DNA from: a virus
Lineage: Duplodnaviria; Caudoviricetes
Reading direction: 5' to 3' (one strand)
DNA: 39,644 bases
Virus record (IMG/VR): IMGVR_UViG_3300031954_000030
Coordinates: 1 to 39,644 of that record
This document shows, in pieces, positions 1 through 9,467 of the stretch. The notes under the pieces are model-generated. The model saw only the letters and a list, made by a program, of their open reading frames with translations. It was not told where the DNA came from and made no database searches. A program made the translations under genes and the position numbers. The first letter of the stretch is position 1. Every line of letters begins with the position of its first letter.

Positions 1-1
1 A

Positions 2-229
2 ATCCCGCTTGAGCCGTTTGCGTCGGCCGAACCCATGACCGGGGCGCCGCCCGACAACGAACCCGATGAGCAGCCGTCGCTGTGGGATGAGGAGGAAGCC
101 GCGACGGCGGATCTGGAGGGCTGGACCGTCGCAGAGTTGAAGGACGCCCTCGACCAGATCGACGTCGCATACCCGGCCTCCGCCCGCAAAGCCGAACTCA
201 TCGCCCTACTCGAAGAGGCTGAACAGTGA
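2..229 (+). CDS. Small head-associated protein, probably 5'-partial, with a C-terminal HeH/Rho-N-like motif
   Basis: The frame is open from the window start (IPLEPFASAEPM...). The C-terminus WTVAELKDALD...ASARKAELIALLE resembles HeH/LEM/Rho-N motifs. It follows the capsid gene in the circular order. Confidence 0.6.
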   Translation: MPLEPFASAEPMTGAPPDNEPDEQPSLWDEEEAATADLEGWTVAELKDALDQIDVAYPASARKAELIALLEEAEQ

Positions 230-876
230 CTACGCCCAGTCCGGTGTCAGCACCCCCACGGGATAACTACCCGCCACTGTGCGACCCTAATGACCCGGAC
301 TGGGCGTCTTTCCAGGCGCAGGATCCCAACTATTTCCTGGCGGTGGCCGGGGCGCGGATCCGCAAATACTGCGGCTGGCGCATCTACCCGAATGACACCA
401 ACACGATCGACAAACTGCGGGTCCGCAGCAATGGGCGGATCATGCTGCCTTCGCTGTATGTGACAGGGGTGTCCTCGGTGTCCATCCAGACCGGCGTGGA
501 CACCGATGTCGTGTTGGATCCCGACATGTATGAATGGTTCGCCACCGGCTATATCCAGCCTTTGGGTTTGGGGACGGGCTGGTGGTGGGGCTCCTATAGC
601 GGCTACTACTACGGCCCGGACACTCCCGCCTATCTGCCGTGGCTGAACTTCGGGTATGCCACCGTCACGTTCACGCATGGCTACCCGGCGGTGCCGGCGG
701 ATGTGAAAGCTGTCGCCTACGAGCTGGCCGAAGTCGCGGCGGAGATGACCGCCGGCAACGTTAGTGGGATCACCACCCCGGGCTATCAGCTGACCCTGAC
801 CCGCAACGCCGGCCTGAACCTCAATAGTGAGCAGATGGATCGGCTGTCCCCCTACCGGCTGCCGGTGGTGGCGTGA
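226..876 (+). CDS. Head-to-tail adaptor
   Basis: Motifs RIRKYCGW and VTFTHGY...PADVKAV are typical of actinophage adaptors. GTGA overlap with the upstream gene; synteny. Confidence 0.8.
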   Translation: MTTPSPVSAPPRDNYPPLCDPNDPDWASFQAQDPNYFLAVAGARIRKYCGWRIYPNDTNTIDKLRVRSNGRIMLPSLYVTGVSSVSIQTGVDTDVVLDPDMYEWFATGYIQPLGLGTGWWWGSYSGYYYGPDTPAYLPWLNFGYATVTFTHGYPAVPADVKAVAYELAEVAAEMTAGNVSGITTPGYQLTLTRNAGLNLNSEQMDRLSPYRLPVVA

Positions 877-1271
877 AGATCCCGGCGCCCTGGCCGGTGC
901 TGCACATTCCCCGCACGGTGGACACCACCACCACCGACACGCACGGGAATCATCCGATCATCGACGGCGCCCCGGTCATCCGCTACGTCTACTCCTATAA
1001 CCAGGCCGGCCGCATCGGCTCCTCCAGCGAAGTGATCTCCCCGGAGTTTCTGGATCGCATCGAAACCACCCTGGATATGGCGGTGCCCAATCCGCAGGAC
1101 TATCACGCTTCCGACGGGGTCATCTTGGGCGGCACCGTCGACGAAGACGGCAACTACGACGGCGGCACCCAGTACTGGGTGAACGGCGACCCCACCAACG
1201 ATTTCCCCGGCCCGTTCCCCAAGCTTTACAAGTGGACCGGGGGCCAGGTGAAGTTGCGGCGGATCACATGA
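873..1271 (+). CDS. Head-to-tail stopper
   Basis: Synteny, size, DTHGN near the N-terminus, YWVNGDP and C-terminal VKLRRIT. Confidence 0.7.
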   Translation: MKIPAPWPVLHIPRTVDTTTTDTHGNHPIIDGAPVIRYVYSYNQAGRIGSSSEVISPEFLDRIETTLDMAVPNPQDYHASDGVILGGTVDEDGNYDGGTQYWVNGDPTNDFPGPFPKLYKWTGGQVKLRRIT

Positions 1272-1648
1272 GCGCCCCGCTGGTGGGGGCGGGCGAGGGC
1301 GCCGATCCCGGCGTTGAGGACACCGGGGCCGGGGAGCACCGTTTCCGCGACGGGTCGTCTATGACGATCGACAAGGCGGCGTTGGGTGCGATCGCCCAAA
1401 AGATTTTCCACGGCCCCGAAGTCGTCGCCGCTTTGACCGACAAGGTCAACCAGATGTGCGACTACGCCAATTCGCTGGCGGTGCAGAAGGGCGCCGAATA
1501 CGCGGTGACCATCGTGGATGACTGGCCGGATTCGCGGCGGGCCCGCGCCAACGTCTGGTCCTCCAATTTCGCCGCCATGTTGGATGACGCCCATAACGCC
1601 ACCCTGCTCAAAACGTTGGCGCATTTCGGTGGGAGCGCCGCCCAATGA
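1268..1648 (+). CDS. Neck/tail-completion protein (putative)
   Basis: ATGA overlap at 1268. RARANV...ATLLKTL motif. Lies between stopper and terminator. Confidence 0.6.
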   Translation: MSAPLVGAGEGADPGVEDTGAGEHRFRDGSSMTIDKAALGAIAQKIFHGPEVVAALTDKVNQMCDYANSLAVQKGAEYAVTIVDDWPDSRRARANVWSSNFAAMLDDAHNATLLKTLAHFGGSAAQ

Positions 1649-2142
1649 CAGCGCCCGTGCTTGATTATGGGGTGGCTCCTCCGCCGGCGGAAGCGCTGGC
1701 CGTCACCTATTTCGCGCCGCTGATGGCGCCGCTGCCGGTGATCACCCGCCTGCCCAAACCCGCGGCCAGCGCCGATATGGTGGCGCCGCTGCTGCGGGTG
1801 GAATCCGCGGGCGGGTTCATGCGCACCGACGAACTGTTGTTCGACATCAGTGTGATTCTGCACAGCTACGGCCCCGAAAATCAGGAGACCGTAGCCGAGA
1901 CGAACCTGTGTACCGCGCTCGGCTACGGGGCGAGGGGCGTCAAATCGTTCACCATCACCGTGGACGGCACCGACTGGTGGGTCGCGCATTCCTGGGTGAC
2001 CGCCGCGCCGTTGCGGCAAAACGATCCGCTGGTGAACATGACCCGATACCGGGCCATGCTCACCTGGCGTATCCCCGGGCAAGGTATCGGCGTGCCCTCA
2101 ACACAAATAACGGGGCGGCGTGGCAAGCTAAACCATCGGTGA
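1645..2142 (+). CDS. Tail terminator
   Basis: LLRVESAGG motif and RYRAMLTW. Immediately precedes the major tail gene. Confidence 0.7.
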   Translation: MTAPVLDYGVAPPPAEALAVTYFAPLMAPLPVITRLPKPAASADMVAPLLRVESAGGFMRTDELLFDISVILHSYGPENQETVAETNLCTALGYGARGVKSFTITVDGTDWWVAHSWVTAAPLRQNDPLVNMTRYRAMLTWRIPGQGIGVPSTQITGRRGKLNHR

Positions 2143-2182
2143 TGCTTGTGCATTGCCGCATGGTTGAGCATGGAGGGATGTT

Positions 2183-2770
2183 GTGTCCGCACCTGTTATC
2201 GCTGAAGTCGCCGAGATCGCCGCCCCCTCTCCCAAGGTGACCGGTGGTGTCAGGTTTGCTCCGTTCGGCACCACCCTGCCCACCGACTCCACCAGCGCCC
2301 TGGATCCCGCGTTTGTGACGTTGGGGCGGGTGGAGCAGAACGGGCTGGACCGCACCGAGGACCGCCCGGAAGGCAAGCAGTATGACTGGGGCGGCAATCT
2401 GATCGCCATCCTGCAGGACCATTACGGTTTGCAGTTGAAGTTCCGGTTGTTGCAGATGATGAACGCCCAGGTGCAGGCCGCCGCCCACGGCGCCTCCAAT
2501 GTGACAACCACCCCGGCGACCGCGACGACGGGCACCCTGATCACCGCCAATATCAACGGCCAACTTTTGGACACCGGGATCTGGGTGTTCGACGCCTATT
2601 ACATGAAGATGACCGCCCGCCTGGTCCTGCCCTATGGTCGGCCCACGACTGTGGCCGGGCCGAAATGGTCGCATAAGGAATTGGCCACGTTCGATATGAC
2701 GGTGGAAGCCTTACCCGACAACTCCAACAATTTCGCGTATGAGTATTGGGATGATGGGGTATTTGCCTGA
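2183..2770 (+). CDS. Major tail protein
   Basis: FAPFGTTLPTD...LDPAFVTLG...WGG and YEYWDDG are typical of mycobacteriophage tail tube proteins. GGAGG SD upstream of the GTG start. Confidence 0.88.
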   Translation: MSAPVIAEVAEIAAPSPKVTGGVRFAPFGTTLPTDSTSALDPAFVTLGRVEQNGLDRTEDRPEGKQYDWGGNLIAILQDHYGLQLKFRLLQMMNAQVQAAAHGASNVTTTPATATTGTLITANINGQLLDTGIWVFDAYYMKMTARLVLPYGRPTTVAGPKWSHKELATFDMTVEALPDNSNNFAYEYWDDGVFA

Positions 2771-3219
2771 TGACCCCAGCCCCCGCTGTTAAGCGGGCGT
2801 CGGTTCCCCGGAACAAGGCGGCACCGTTATCGACCGGCCAAGTCAACGGTGCCGCCGCAAACGTTACACCCGCACGTCCACCGGAAAAAATAGACGTCCA
2901 GCTGCAACCCGACGTGCCCGAACACCCCTATGGGGATCGGGAGGTGTTCGTGTGGCGCCCCAAGGGTGGCGGGGATCCGATCGTGCTCCCGCATATCAAC
3001 ACGGTGAAAACCACCCAGGAATTCTTCGCCACGATCTATGACCTTAACGAAATGTTCCAATCGTTTGAGTGGCTGATCCTGGCCGGGGTTCCCAAAAACA
3101 TCCGGCTACAAGTGGCGCGGCTGGGTGACACGGATGCCGCCGAACAATCGAAAATGTTTACGTCGTGGTTCGCCCCGATCACCCGGCCGCAGGGTGGGGA
3201 GCCGCCGGGGGAATCCTGA
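2770..3219 (+). CDS. Tail assembly chaperone (gpG-like)
   Basis: Lies between major tail and tape measure. Ends PGES over the slippery site GGGGGAA. Confidence 0.82.
   Translation: MTPAPAVKRASVPRNKAAPLSTGQVNGAAANVTPARPPEKIDVQLQPDVPEHPYGDREVFVWRPKGGGDPIVLPHINTVKTTQEFFATIYDLNEMFQSFEWLILAGVPKNIRLQVARLGDTDAAEQSKMFTSWFAPITRPQGGEPPGES
3207..3213 (+). other. Programmed -1 frameshift site GGGGGAA giving a gpG-T fusion
   Basis: G GGG GAA just before the chaperone stop. The -1 frame (3165..3608) stays open. This heptamer is used by mycobacteriophage tail chaperones. Confidence 0.75.
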
Positions 3220-3608
3220 TGCTCACCGCCGCGGTGGGCAGATACTGGCACGCACTGGTCCGCGACGTGCTGGCGCTGGGGTATCGGGTGTCCGACATGT
3301 TCACCACCCTCACACTTTCGGACATGGTGTCCATCGTTGTCGGCGCCCCCCCGTCATCGTCGCTGCGCTACTTCATCGACAACGGCTGGTCCCGCACCGA
3401 CCATCTGCTGGCGAACCTAACCGAGACTCAGTCCGGGGTGGCGAAACTGTCCGGACCCTATGAACGCCCCGGCATCGGGGACCGCTCACCGGGCGAACAG
3501 TTGTTCCCCGCCGACGTCATGACCTGGGCCGAAATGGACGCCCTGGATGAGAAACGGGACAAAGGGGAACTGAAAACCGGCAGAGCGCACTCGCGGGTGT
3601 GGCGATGA
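3219..3608 (+). CDS. Tail assembly chaperone, frameshifted C-terminal part (gpT-like)
   Basis: In the -1 frame relative to 2770..3219. WSRTDHLLANL...YERPG motif. Confidence 0.78.
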   Translation: MLTAAVGRYWHALVRDVLALGYRVSDMFTTLTLSDMVSIVVGAPPSSSLRYFIDNGWSRTDHLLANLTETQSGVAKLSGPYERPGIGDRSPGEQLFPADVMTWAEMDALDEKRDKGELKTGRAHSRVWR

Positions 3609-6127
3609 CCGCCCCCACCGGCGGCGGCGGCGAGCTGGGCACCGTCTTCATCAACGTCGCCCCCCAGATCAGCGGGCTGGCCAAAGCGTTCCTCTCAGCC
3701 GGCCGCGAAGGAGCCAAAAGCTTTTCGCAGGGCTTCATCGAAGGGATGAAACAGGCGCCCACCCCGCCTGACGGCTCCGTTCTCGGTGAGGTGATCGCCG
3801 GGAAACCCGTGGGCAGCGCCACCAAAACCATCGCCCAAAAAGCTGGTAAAGAAATCGGCGGCGGTCTGACTACGGGCATCAACGAGGGCATGAAAACCGC
3901 ACCTACCAGCGGCGGCGGAGCGCTCGCCGATGTCGTTGCCGGCAAACCCGTCAGCTCCGCCACCAAAGCCGCCGCGACCAGCACCGGCAAGGAAATTGGG
4001 GGCGGCATCGCCAAAGGCGTCGAAGAAGCCGCGAAAACTCACAACATGGCGAAGGTCATCGTCCCCAACGCTGAAGAGACAGGCCGCAGTATCGGCGCCA
4101 AAATCGGCGGCGGCATCAAAAGCGCCCTCAGTTCTGCGTCCGGGGACGTGGGCGGCGCCCTGCAAGGTGTGCAGGACAAGATCAGCGGAATCGGGACCGC
4201 CGCCCAATCAGTCGGTCTGGACATCTCAAGCTGGAAAGCTCCGGTGAGCGACGCCGCCGCATCCGCCGATACCTTCGACAACAAAATCGGCAACGTGGCG
4301 ACATCTGCCAAGGACGTCATCGGGATATTCAAAGACTTACCCGGCAAGATCGGGGACGCCGCCGGCAAGGCCACCCTGCTGGCCGGTGAAGTCGGCGCCG
4401 CCGTACTGGCAGCCAAAGCCCTCTACGATCAGTTCGTCCAACCGCTGGAGATCAAAATCCATGCCAGCGGAGGGTTCGGGAAATGGTGGGAAGAACACAC
4501 CCCCGGCGATCTGAGCCGCTCGCTGGCCGATGCGTTGGGTGCTGATAAGTCGCGGAAATTTTTCGGCAACCTGTTCGGGTATGACCCGGAGCTGGGCCAC
4601 GGCACACCGCCGGGACCGCTGGGTCTGGGTGGTGGCGGCACCTTTGAGGGCGGAAAGGAATTTCCGCCGGGTTTCATCGGGCCGATTCCCCGCGGTTCGG
4701 TGCGGACACCGTCGATGCCGAATATCTATCAGCAGTGGTACGGCCCCAATGCGGTGGAACCTTATAATCCGTCGGAAAGTCAGACGCGGGGATGGTCTGG
4801 TCCCGAACCAGGCGGCGCCGGCGGTGGTGGTGGTGGTGGTTCGTCGGGGTGGCGTAGACAGGAATCTTCCACCACCGATTGGGACGCGCTGGCCTCAGCT
4901 GAGTCTTCCGGCAATTGGTCGGATCCCGATTCCGGGGGGACCGGGCATTACGGGGGTTTGCAGTTCGATATGCCGACGTGGCGGGATTTCGGCGGGCTGG
5001 AGTTCGCTGATCGCCCCGATCACGCCACCCGTGAGCAGCAGATCATCGTCGCGGAGCGGGTTCCGATGGGGCAGCGCTCCAAACGGTGGGCCGAAACGTG
5101 GTGGACGCAGAGCAGCCCCCGCGGCGGCGGCGGAGGCGGCGGAGGCGGAGGCGGTAGGGGTAGTTCCCGGTTTCTACCGTCCGGCGGCGGCGGCGGCGGT
5201 GGTGGTGCCCCTGGCCGTGGCGGGGATTTCGGCGCCGCCGCCGGGGCACCGACCGCCGCCCCCCCCAACGAGAACGAGATCCGCTCCTGGGTGTCCGAAA
5301 ACTTCGGGATCCCCAACACCTTCGGCACCGGATCCTGGGAAAACGCCTCCCATCCCAAAGACCAGGGCTGGCACGGCAAAGGGTACGCATTCGACTTCCA
5401 CGGCACCCAGGAACAGATGGCCGACCTAGCGAACTGGGTGGCGCAGAACTGGGCCGGATACACCCTGGAACTCATCTACAGCGGCCCGGGATTTGACTCC
5501 AACAACTGCATCAAAAACGGGAAATTCGGCAGCAGCGCCTATGGCGCGGCCCTGCTCGCTGAACATACCGATCATGTGCATTGGGCGATGACGAAGGCGC
5601 CATCGCAAGCTGAGATGGCCGCCGCGACCAGTGGGCGCGGCGGCTCCCGCGTCAACATGGGCGGCGCCGGGGCCGGCGGGGGCGGCGGCGGGGCCGGTGG
5701 GGGCGGTGGTCCGTCCGGGCAGGAACTTGGCCAGTCGATCATCTCCGGCATGTTTCAGGAACTCGGTTTCCCCGACGTGTTCGGTAAACCGTTCACCCAG
5801 TGGGGCGCCTGGAAAATGGGGATGGGTGCCCTGCAATACGGCATGGGCATCGGTAATTATCTGACGCAGCCGGGCAGCAAGTTCGCCCCCCCATCTCCCA
5901 GCAATTTGCCGGGCGCCGCTGTCGGTGCGCAGCCCGGCGCCGCCTTGATGGGCGGACCCGGATCCGGTGGCAGTGTGATCAACAATTTCGATCTGTCTCA
6001 CGGGTTGTTCGCCGGCAACGGTGCCGCAGCTGACATCAACAATCTGATCAGCCCGGCCGGCCCGGCGAGCTCCGCGTCCATGCCGGCCGGCGGTGCCGGC
6101 GGCCCGGCAGGAAACGGCGCCGGATGA
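3605..6127 (+). CDS. Tape measure protein with an Rpf-like transglycosylase domain and a His-rich peptidase-like domain
   Basis: N-terminal ELGTVFINVAP, Ala/Gly-rich helical region, WDALASAESSGNW...YGGLQF...ATREQQI (Rpf), and H..G.AFDF...EHTDHVHW. ATGA overlap at 3605. Confidence 0.88.
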   Translation: MTAPTGGGGELGTVFINVAPQISGLAKAFLSAGREGAKSFSQGFIEGMKQAPTPPDGSVLGEVIAGKPVGSATKTIAQKAGKEIGGGLTTGINEGMKTAPTSGGGALADVVAGKPVSSATKAAATSTGKEIGGGIAKGVEEAAKTHNMAKVIVPNAEETGRSIGAKIGGGIKSALSSASGDVGGALQGVQDKISGIGTAAQSVGLDISSWKAPVSDAAASADTFDNKIGNVATSAKDVIGIFKDLPGKIGDAAGKATLLAGEVGAAVLAAKALYDQFVQPLEIKIHASGGFGKWWEEHTPGDLSRSLADALGADKSRKFFGNLFGYDPELGHGTPPGPLGLGGGGTFEGGKEFPPGFIGPIPRGSVRTPSMPNIYQQWYGPNAVEPYNPSESQTRGWSGPEPGGAGGGGGGGSSGWRRQESSTTDWDALASAESSGNWSDPDSGGTGHYGGLQFDMPTWRDFGGLEFADRPDHATREQQIIVAERVPMGQRSKRWAETWWTQSSPRGGGGGGGGGGGRGSSRFLPSGGGGGGGGAPGRGGDFGAAAGAPTAAPPNENEIRSWVSENFGIPNTFGTGSWENASHPKDQGWHGKGYAFDFHGTQEQMADLANWVAQNWAGYTLELIYSGPGFDSNNCIKNGKFGSSAYGAALLAEHTDHVHWAMTKAPSQAEMAAATSGRGGSRVNMGGAGAGGGGGGAGGGGGPSGQELGQSIISGMFQELGFPDVFGKPFTQWGAWKMGMGALQYGMGIGNYLTQPGSKFAPPSPSNLPGAAVGAQPGAALMGGPGSGGSVINNFDLSHGLFAGNGAAADINNLISPAGPASSASMPAGGAGGPAGNGAG

Positions 6128-7224
6128 CCACACCACCCGTCACGTTCCCGCCGCCCAACACCTCCACGTCGATGGGCCGCCCACCGTTCACCGACGCCGC
6201 GATATCATTCGACAAGTTGCCGCCCGCGTTGCGGGGCATGGAAACCCACATCGTCTACATCGACCCGCAGTCCAATGTGTTCGATCTGGCCGGACCGATG
6301 AAAGGCCGCCAAGGTGTGCGCCTCGCGTCGCAGATCATCGGGGACCAGAACTGGCCCACCGACCAAGTCCTGGTCAACTCCCCCTACATGCTCGGCGCCA
6401 GCATTCAGCGCCAAAACATCGGGGAACGCCAGATCAATTTAAACATCATTATCGGCAACCATGCCCCGCCGATGACCGAATACCAGTACCGGATGGCTGA
6501 GCAACACTGGTGGGCCGGCCAAGACGAAGCCAACGACGGCTGGATGGGCGTCTACACCCGCTTCAGTGGCTGGCGGTGGATCCCGGTGCGCCCCAGGCAA
6601 ACCGTATATAGCTCGCAGAAAATGGATCCGACCGCGTTCGGGAACAACTGCAGCTCCTGGGATCTGACCTGGCTGGCGGCCCGCCCCTACTTCACCAAAC
6701 CCGCCCTGACCCTCGGGTTTTCGGCCGCGTCAGCCGGACCGGCGAAACCCCCGCCCGGTGGCCTGCTGGCCGGGCCGATCGACCAACTGCTGGGACAACT
6801 CTACTACTGGGGGACACTGCCGATCGCCAACCGCGGCGACTTACCCTCCTACGTCACCTATTTCGTGTCCTCACCCGGGCAGGCGATCGTGCAGGACAAC
6901 CAGTCCACCCGCCTGGTCCCGCTACCCGAAACCGCCTCAAGTGTGGGGACGTTCATGTGCGACACCGAACCCGCGCACCGCACCCTGACCGCCGCCAACG
7001 ATCCGCAGGACAACCTGCTGTTCGACCTGATCCGCCAATCCCAAATCCTCGACTTTTTCCTTGGCGGTATCGCCAACGAAGGCCTGCCTTTGCAGCTGCA
7101 GTTTCAGAACCGGTTCATCTATCAGATCCCGCCGAAGACGATCTGCCAGTTCACCGTCGGGCATTCGGACCCGAACGGGCAGATCGTCGCGATGTTGGCA
7201 CAGCGCTTCAAACGGAGCCGTTGA
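6124..7224 (+). CDS. Minor tail protein (distal tail-like)
   Basis: First gene after the tape measure. VFDLAGP...QGV and NRGDLP motifs. Confidence 0.75.
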   Translation: MTTPPVTFPPPNTSTSMGRPPFTDAAISFDKLPPALRGMETHIVYIDPQSNVFDLAGPMKGRQGVRLASQIIGDQNWPTDQVLVNSPYMLGASIQRQNIGERQINLNIIIGNHAPPMTEYQYRMAEQHWWAGQDEANDGWMGVYTRFSGWRWIPVRPRQTVYSSQKMDPTAFGNNCSSWDLTWLAARPYFTKPALTLGFSAASAGPAKPPPGGLLAGPIDQLLGQLYYWGTLPIANRGDLPSYVTYFVSSPGQAIVQDNQSTRLVPLPETASSVGTFMCDTEPAHRTLTAANDPQDNLLFDLIRQSQILDFFLGGIANEGLPLQLQFQNRFIYQIPPKTICQFTVGHSDPNGQIVAMLAQRFKRSR

Positions 7225-9182
7225 TGAGCCAAGCCTTATCTACTCTGCTGGGCGGCCCCACCAACTTTGATGTGGGGTTGCAGTTCAACCAGTGGGTCGA
7301 CAAACTCCTACCCCAGGTCGGACCCGACGTCCCCGACCTGATGACCCAAACCGCGGCTTGCGCCACCTACCTGTCCGGGGTGCGTCACACCGTGCTGGAG
7401 GGCGCCAAGCAGCATCCGCTGATGCGGATCACCGACGGCGACTTGAACGTGATGAACACCGTGGAAGGTGAACTGGATTGCACCGTCGAAGAATTGATGG
7501 ACGACACCGGCAAGTGCACGCTTACCATCTTGTACGACAACTGGCTGGTCGACTGGATGACGCATCAAACGATGCCGATCTCCGATTTGAATCTGATCAT
7601 CGACTTCGACCCGATCAACCCGAACTGGCGGCGCCGGTGGGGCGGCAAGATCACCGAAATCCACGTCGCCAAAGATGAGCAGGGTATCCACCGAATCACG
7701 TTGTCCGCGCTGCATTTCCGCGAGCACGCCAAACGCCTGTTGGTGGCCTGTAACCCGGTGCTGCCGCCGGAGGTGATGCTGCCCAAGATGTACGTCATGC
7801 CCGGCCCGGTGCGTACTATCTGCGCGCTGACAGCGTTTATGAATCTGGGGCGGCTGTTCATGCCGGGCTGGTCGACGATCACCAACGTGTTCAACCCGGC
7901 CGGCTGGATCAGCCCGCTGTCCCCGGACGCGGTGATCAATTTCTTGCCCACCAACTGGCCCATCCAGGTCGCCTTCGTCGATCCCGTCTTCGACCAAAGC
8001 AGGTGGTCGACGATCGGGGCCACCTACTCCACCGACTGGCACAACGCATTCAAAGACGTGCTCACCGACGCCGGATGCATGATGCGCTGCTACACCTACC
8101 TCACCACCGACGAAGATTCCCCTAACACCGAGCTGGCCAACATTTTGAATCTGGCGCCCGACATCTTGGAGATGCTGACCGGGGTGAATCTGGAATCCCT
8201 GGAACAGGGCATCGACAAACTGGTTGCGCCGCTACGCAATTGCTGCGTCTTTTCCTTCGAACAAAAAGATGGGATCACCGGGCCGACCGGGACCGCCGCC
8301 GACGGCCTGATTTCCGCCGTGGCGATCACGCTGGATGATCTGATCACCCCCGTCGTGGTGGATCCCAGCACCGGCAACGCGTGGGACGCCGGCAACATCC
8401 TCAACGGTGAACCCGTCTACGACGCGGCTGGGGTCGGGGAAACCTACCTGCTGCAACAATTGGCGGACGTCGCCCCCGCCGTCCCGAAAGTGATCTGGTG
8501 GGACGGGCAGTACAACGGCATGATCAACACCGACCTCACCTGGCACAAAGGGTCCGTCAAAACCGTCATGACCGGATCCAAGAGCCCGGCGATCGTCAAT
8601 GAAGCCATCAGCTTCGCGATCCGCTACTCACTGGCCCAGCTGTCCTCGGTGATAAATTTGTGGCTGGCCAACGTGTCCGGGCAAACCCAGGTACCCGGCA
8701 CCCCCGGTTTGGACAACCTGTATATGGGGCAACTCAGCGATGTGTTTTTGGCGTGGGAACGCTACACCGACCCGATCCGCGCCCTCAATAGTGGGGATCT
8801 GGCTTGGGAGGAGCACTTCGAAAAAGGTAGCGGCACAGCATATACGCTGGCCGCCGTCCTCACGCTGCGCGACGGGAATTGGAAGACAAGAGCTTTCGCC
8901 GCATTCAAAGCTGAAACCCTGAACGGGTGGCCGTGGATCGCTGACCTGGATTTCGGTTTGGGGGATCGGGTCGGGTTCGAGCAGGACGGCATCATCTACG
9001 TCGATAACGTGTTCGGCATCAAGCGGGAATGGTCCTGGCGGTCCCCGCTGCAGGTATCGGTCAAGATCGGCGAGGACAAGCAGCGCGCCGATCCGTTCAA
9101 CGCGGCGTTCAAAACCATCGCGGGTGTGTACGCGTTCGCCGGGCAGCTGGCCGGCGAAGGAACAATCTTCTCAGGCGGCTGA
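7224..9182 (+). CDS. Minor tail protein (baseplate hub/Gp37-like)
   Basis: TGATG overlap start at 7224. RWGGKIT, GSKSP, DFGLGDRVG motifs; synteny. Confidence 0.8.
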   Translation: MSQALSTLLGGPTNFDVGLQFNQWVDKLLPQVGPDVPDLMTQTAACATYLSGVRHTVLEGAKQHPLMRITDGDLNVMNTVEGELDCTVEELMDDTGKCTLTILYDNWLVDWMTHQTMPISDLNLIIDFDPINPNWRRRWGGKITEIHVAKDEQGIHRITLSALHFREHAKRLLVACNPVLPPEVMLPKMYVMPGPVRTICALTAFMNLGRLFMPGWSTITNVFNPAGWISPLSPDAVINFLPTNWPIQVAFVDPVFDQSRWSTIGATYSTDWHNAFKDVLTDAGCMMRCYTYLTTDEDSPNTELANILNLAPDILEMLTGVNLESLEQGIDKLVAPLRNCCVFSFEQKDGITGPTGTAADGLISAVAITLDDLITPVVVDPSTGNAWDAGNILNGEPVYDAAGVGETYLLQQLADVAPAVPKVIWWDGQYNGMINTDLTWHKGSVKTVMTGSKSPAIVNEAISFAIRYSLAQLSSVINLWLANVSGQTQVPGTPGLDNLYMGQLSDVFLAWERYTDPIRALNSGDLAWEEHFEKGSGTAYTLAAVLTLRDGNWKTRAFAAFKAETLNGWPWIADLDFGLGDRVGFEQDGIIYVDNVFGIKREWSWRSPLQVSVKIGEDKQRADPFNAAFKTIAGVYAFAGQLAGEGTIFSGG

Positions 9183-9185
9183 ACC

Positions 9186-9467
9186 ATGGACGACGAAGTC
9201 AGGCGCGTACAGGCCGCGTATCTGCGGATCCTGGAGGCGTTGGATTATGTGGTCGACGCCGACGGCAACTTTCATTCGCTGCTGGCGATCCCGGCCACCA
9301 AGATCGCGATCGCGTTTCATCTGGCCAAGTGCGGATTTCAGCAGACCGGCACCGCTTATGTCAGCCGCGCCCCCCAACCTCAGCCGGTGCCCGCGCCGCT
9401 GCCGGCGGAGGGTTGGCACACCCCGCCCATTGTTACTTATGAGCATGTTCCGCGGGGGCAGCGATGA
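9186..9467 (+). CDS. Small minor tail-associated protein
   Basis: IAFHLAKCGF motif and position within the tail operon. Confidence 0.6.
   Translation: MDDEVRRVQAAYLRILEALDYVVDADGNFHSLLAIPATKIAIAFHLAKCGFQQTGTAYVSRAPQPQPVPAPLPAEGWHTPPIVTYEHVPRGQR

Noticed and set aside
5120-5210. GGC/GGA microsatellite-like repeats
   Set aside because: They encode poly-Gly linkers of the tape measure protein.
6957-7223. Long N-terminal extensions in the ORF track (also 10462, 18154, 23109, 29776, 31155, 36030)
   Set aside because: They overlap upstream genes in another frame. Downstream starts with stop-start coupling fit better.
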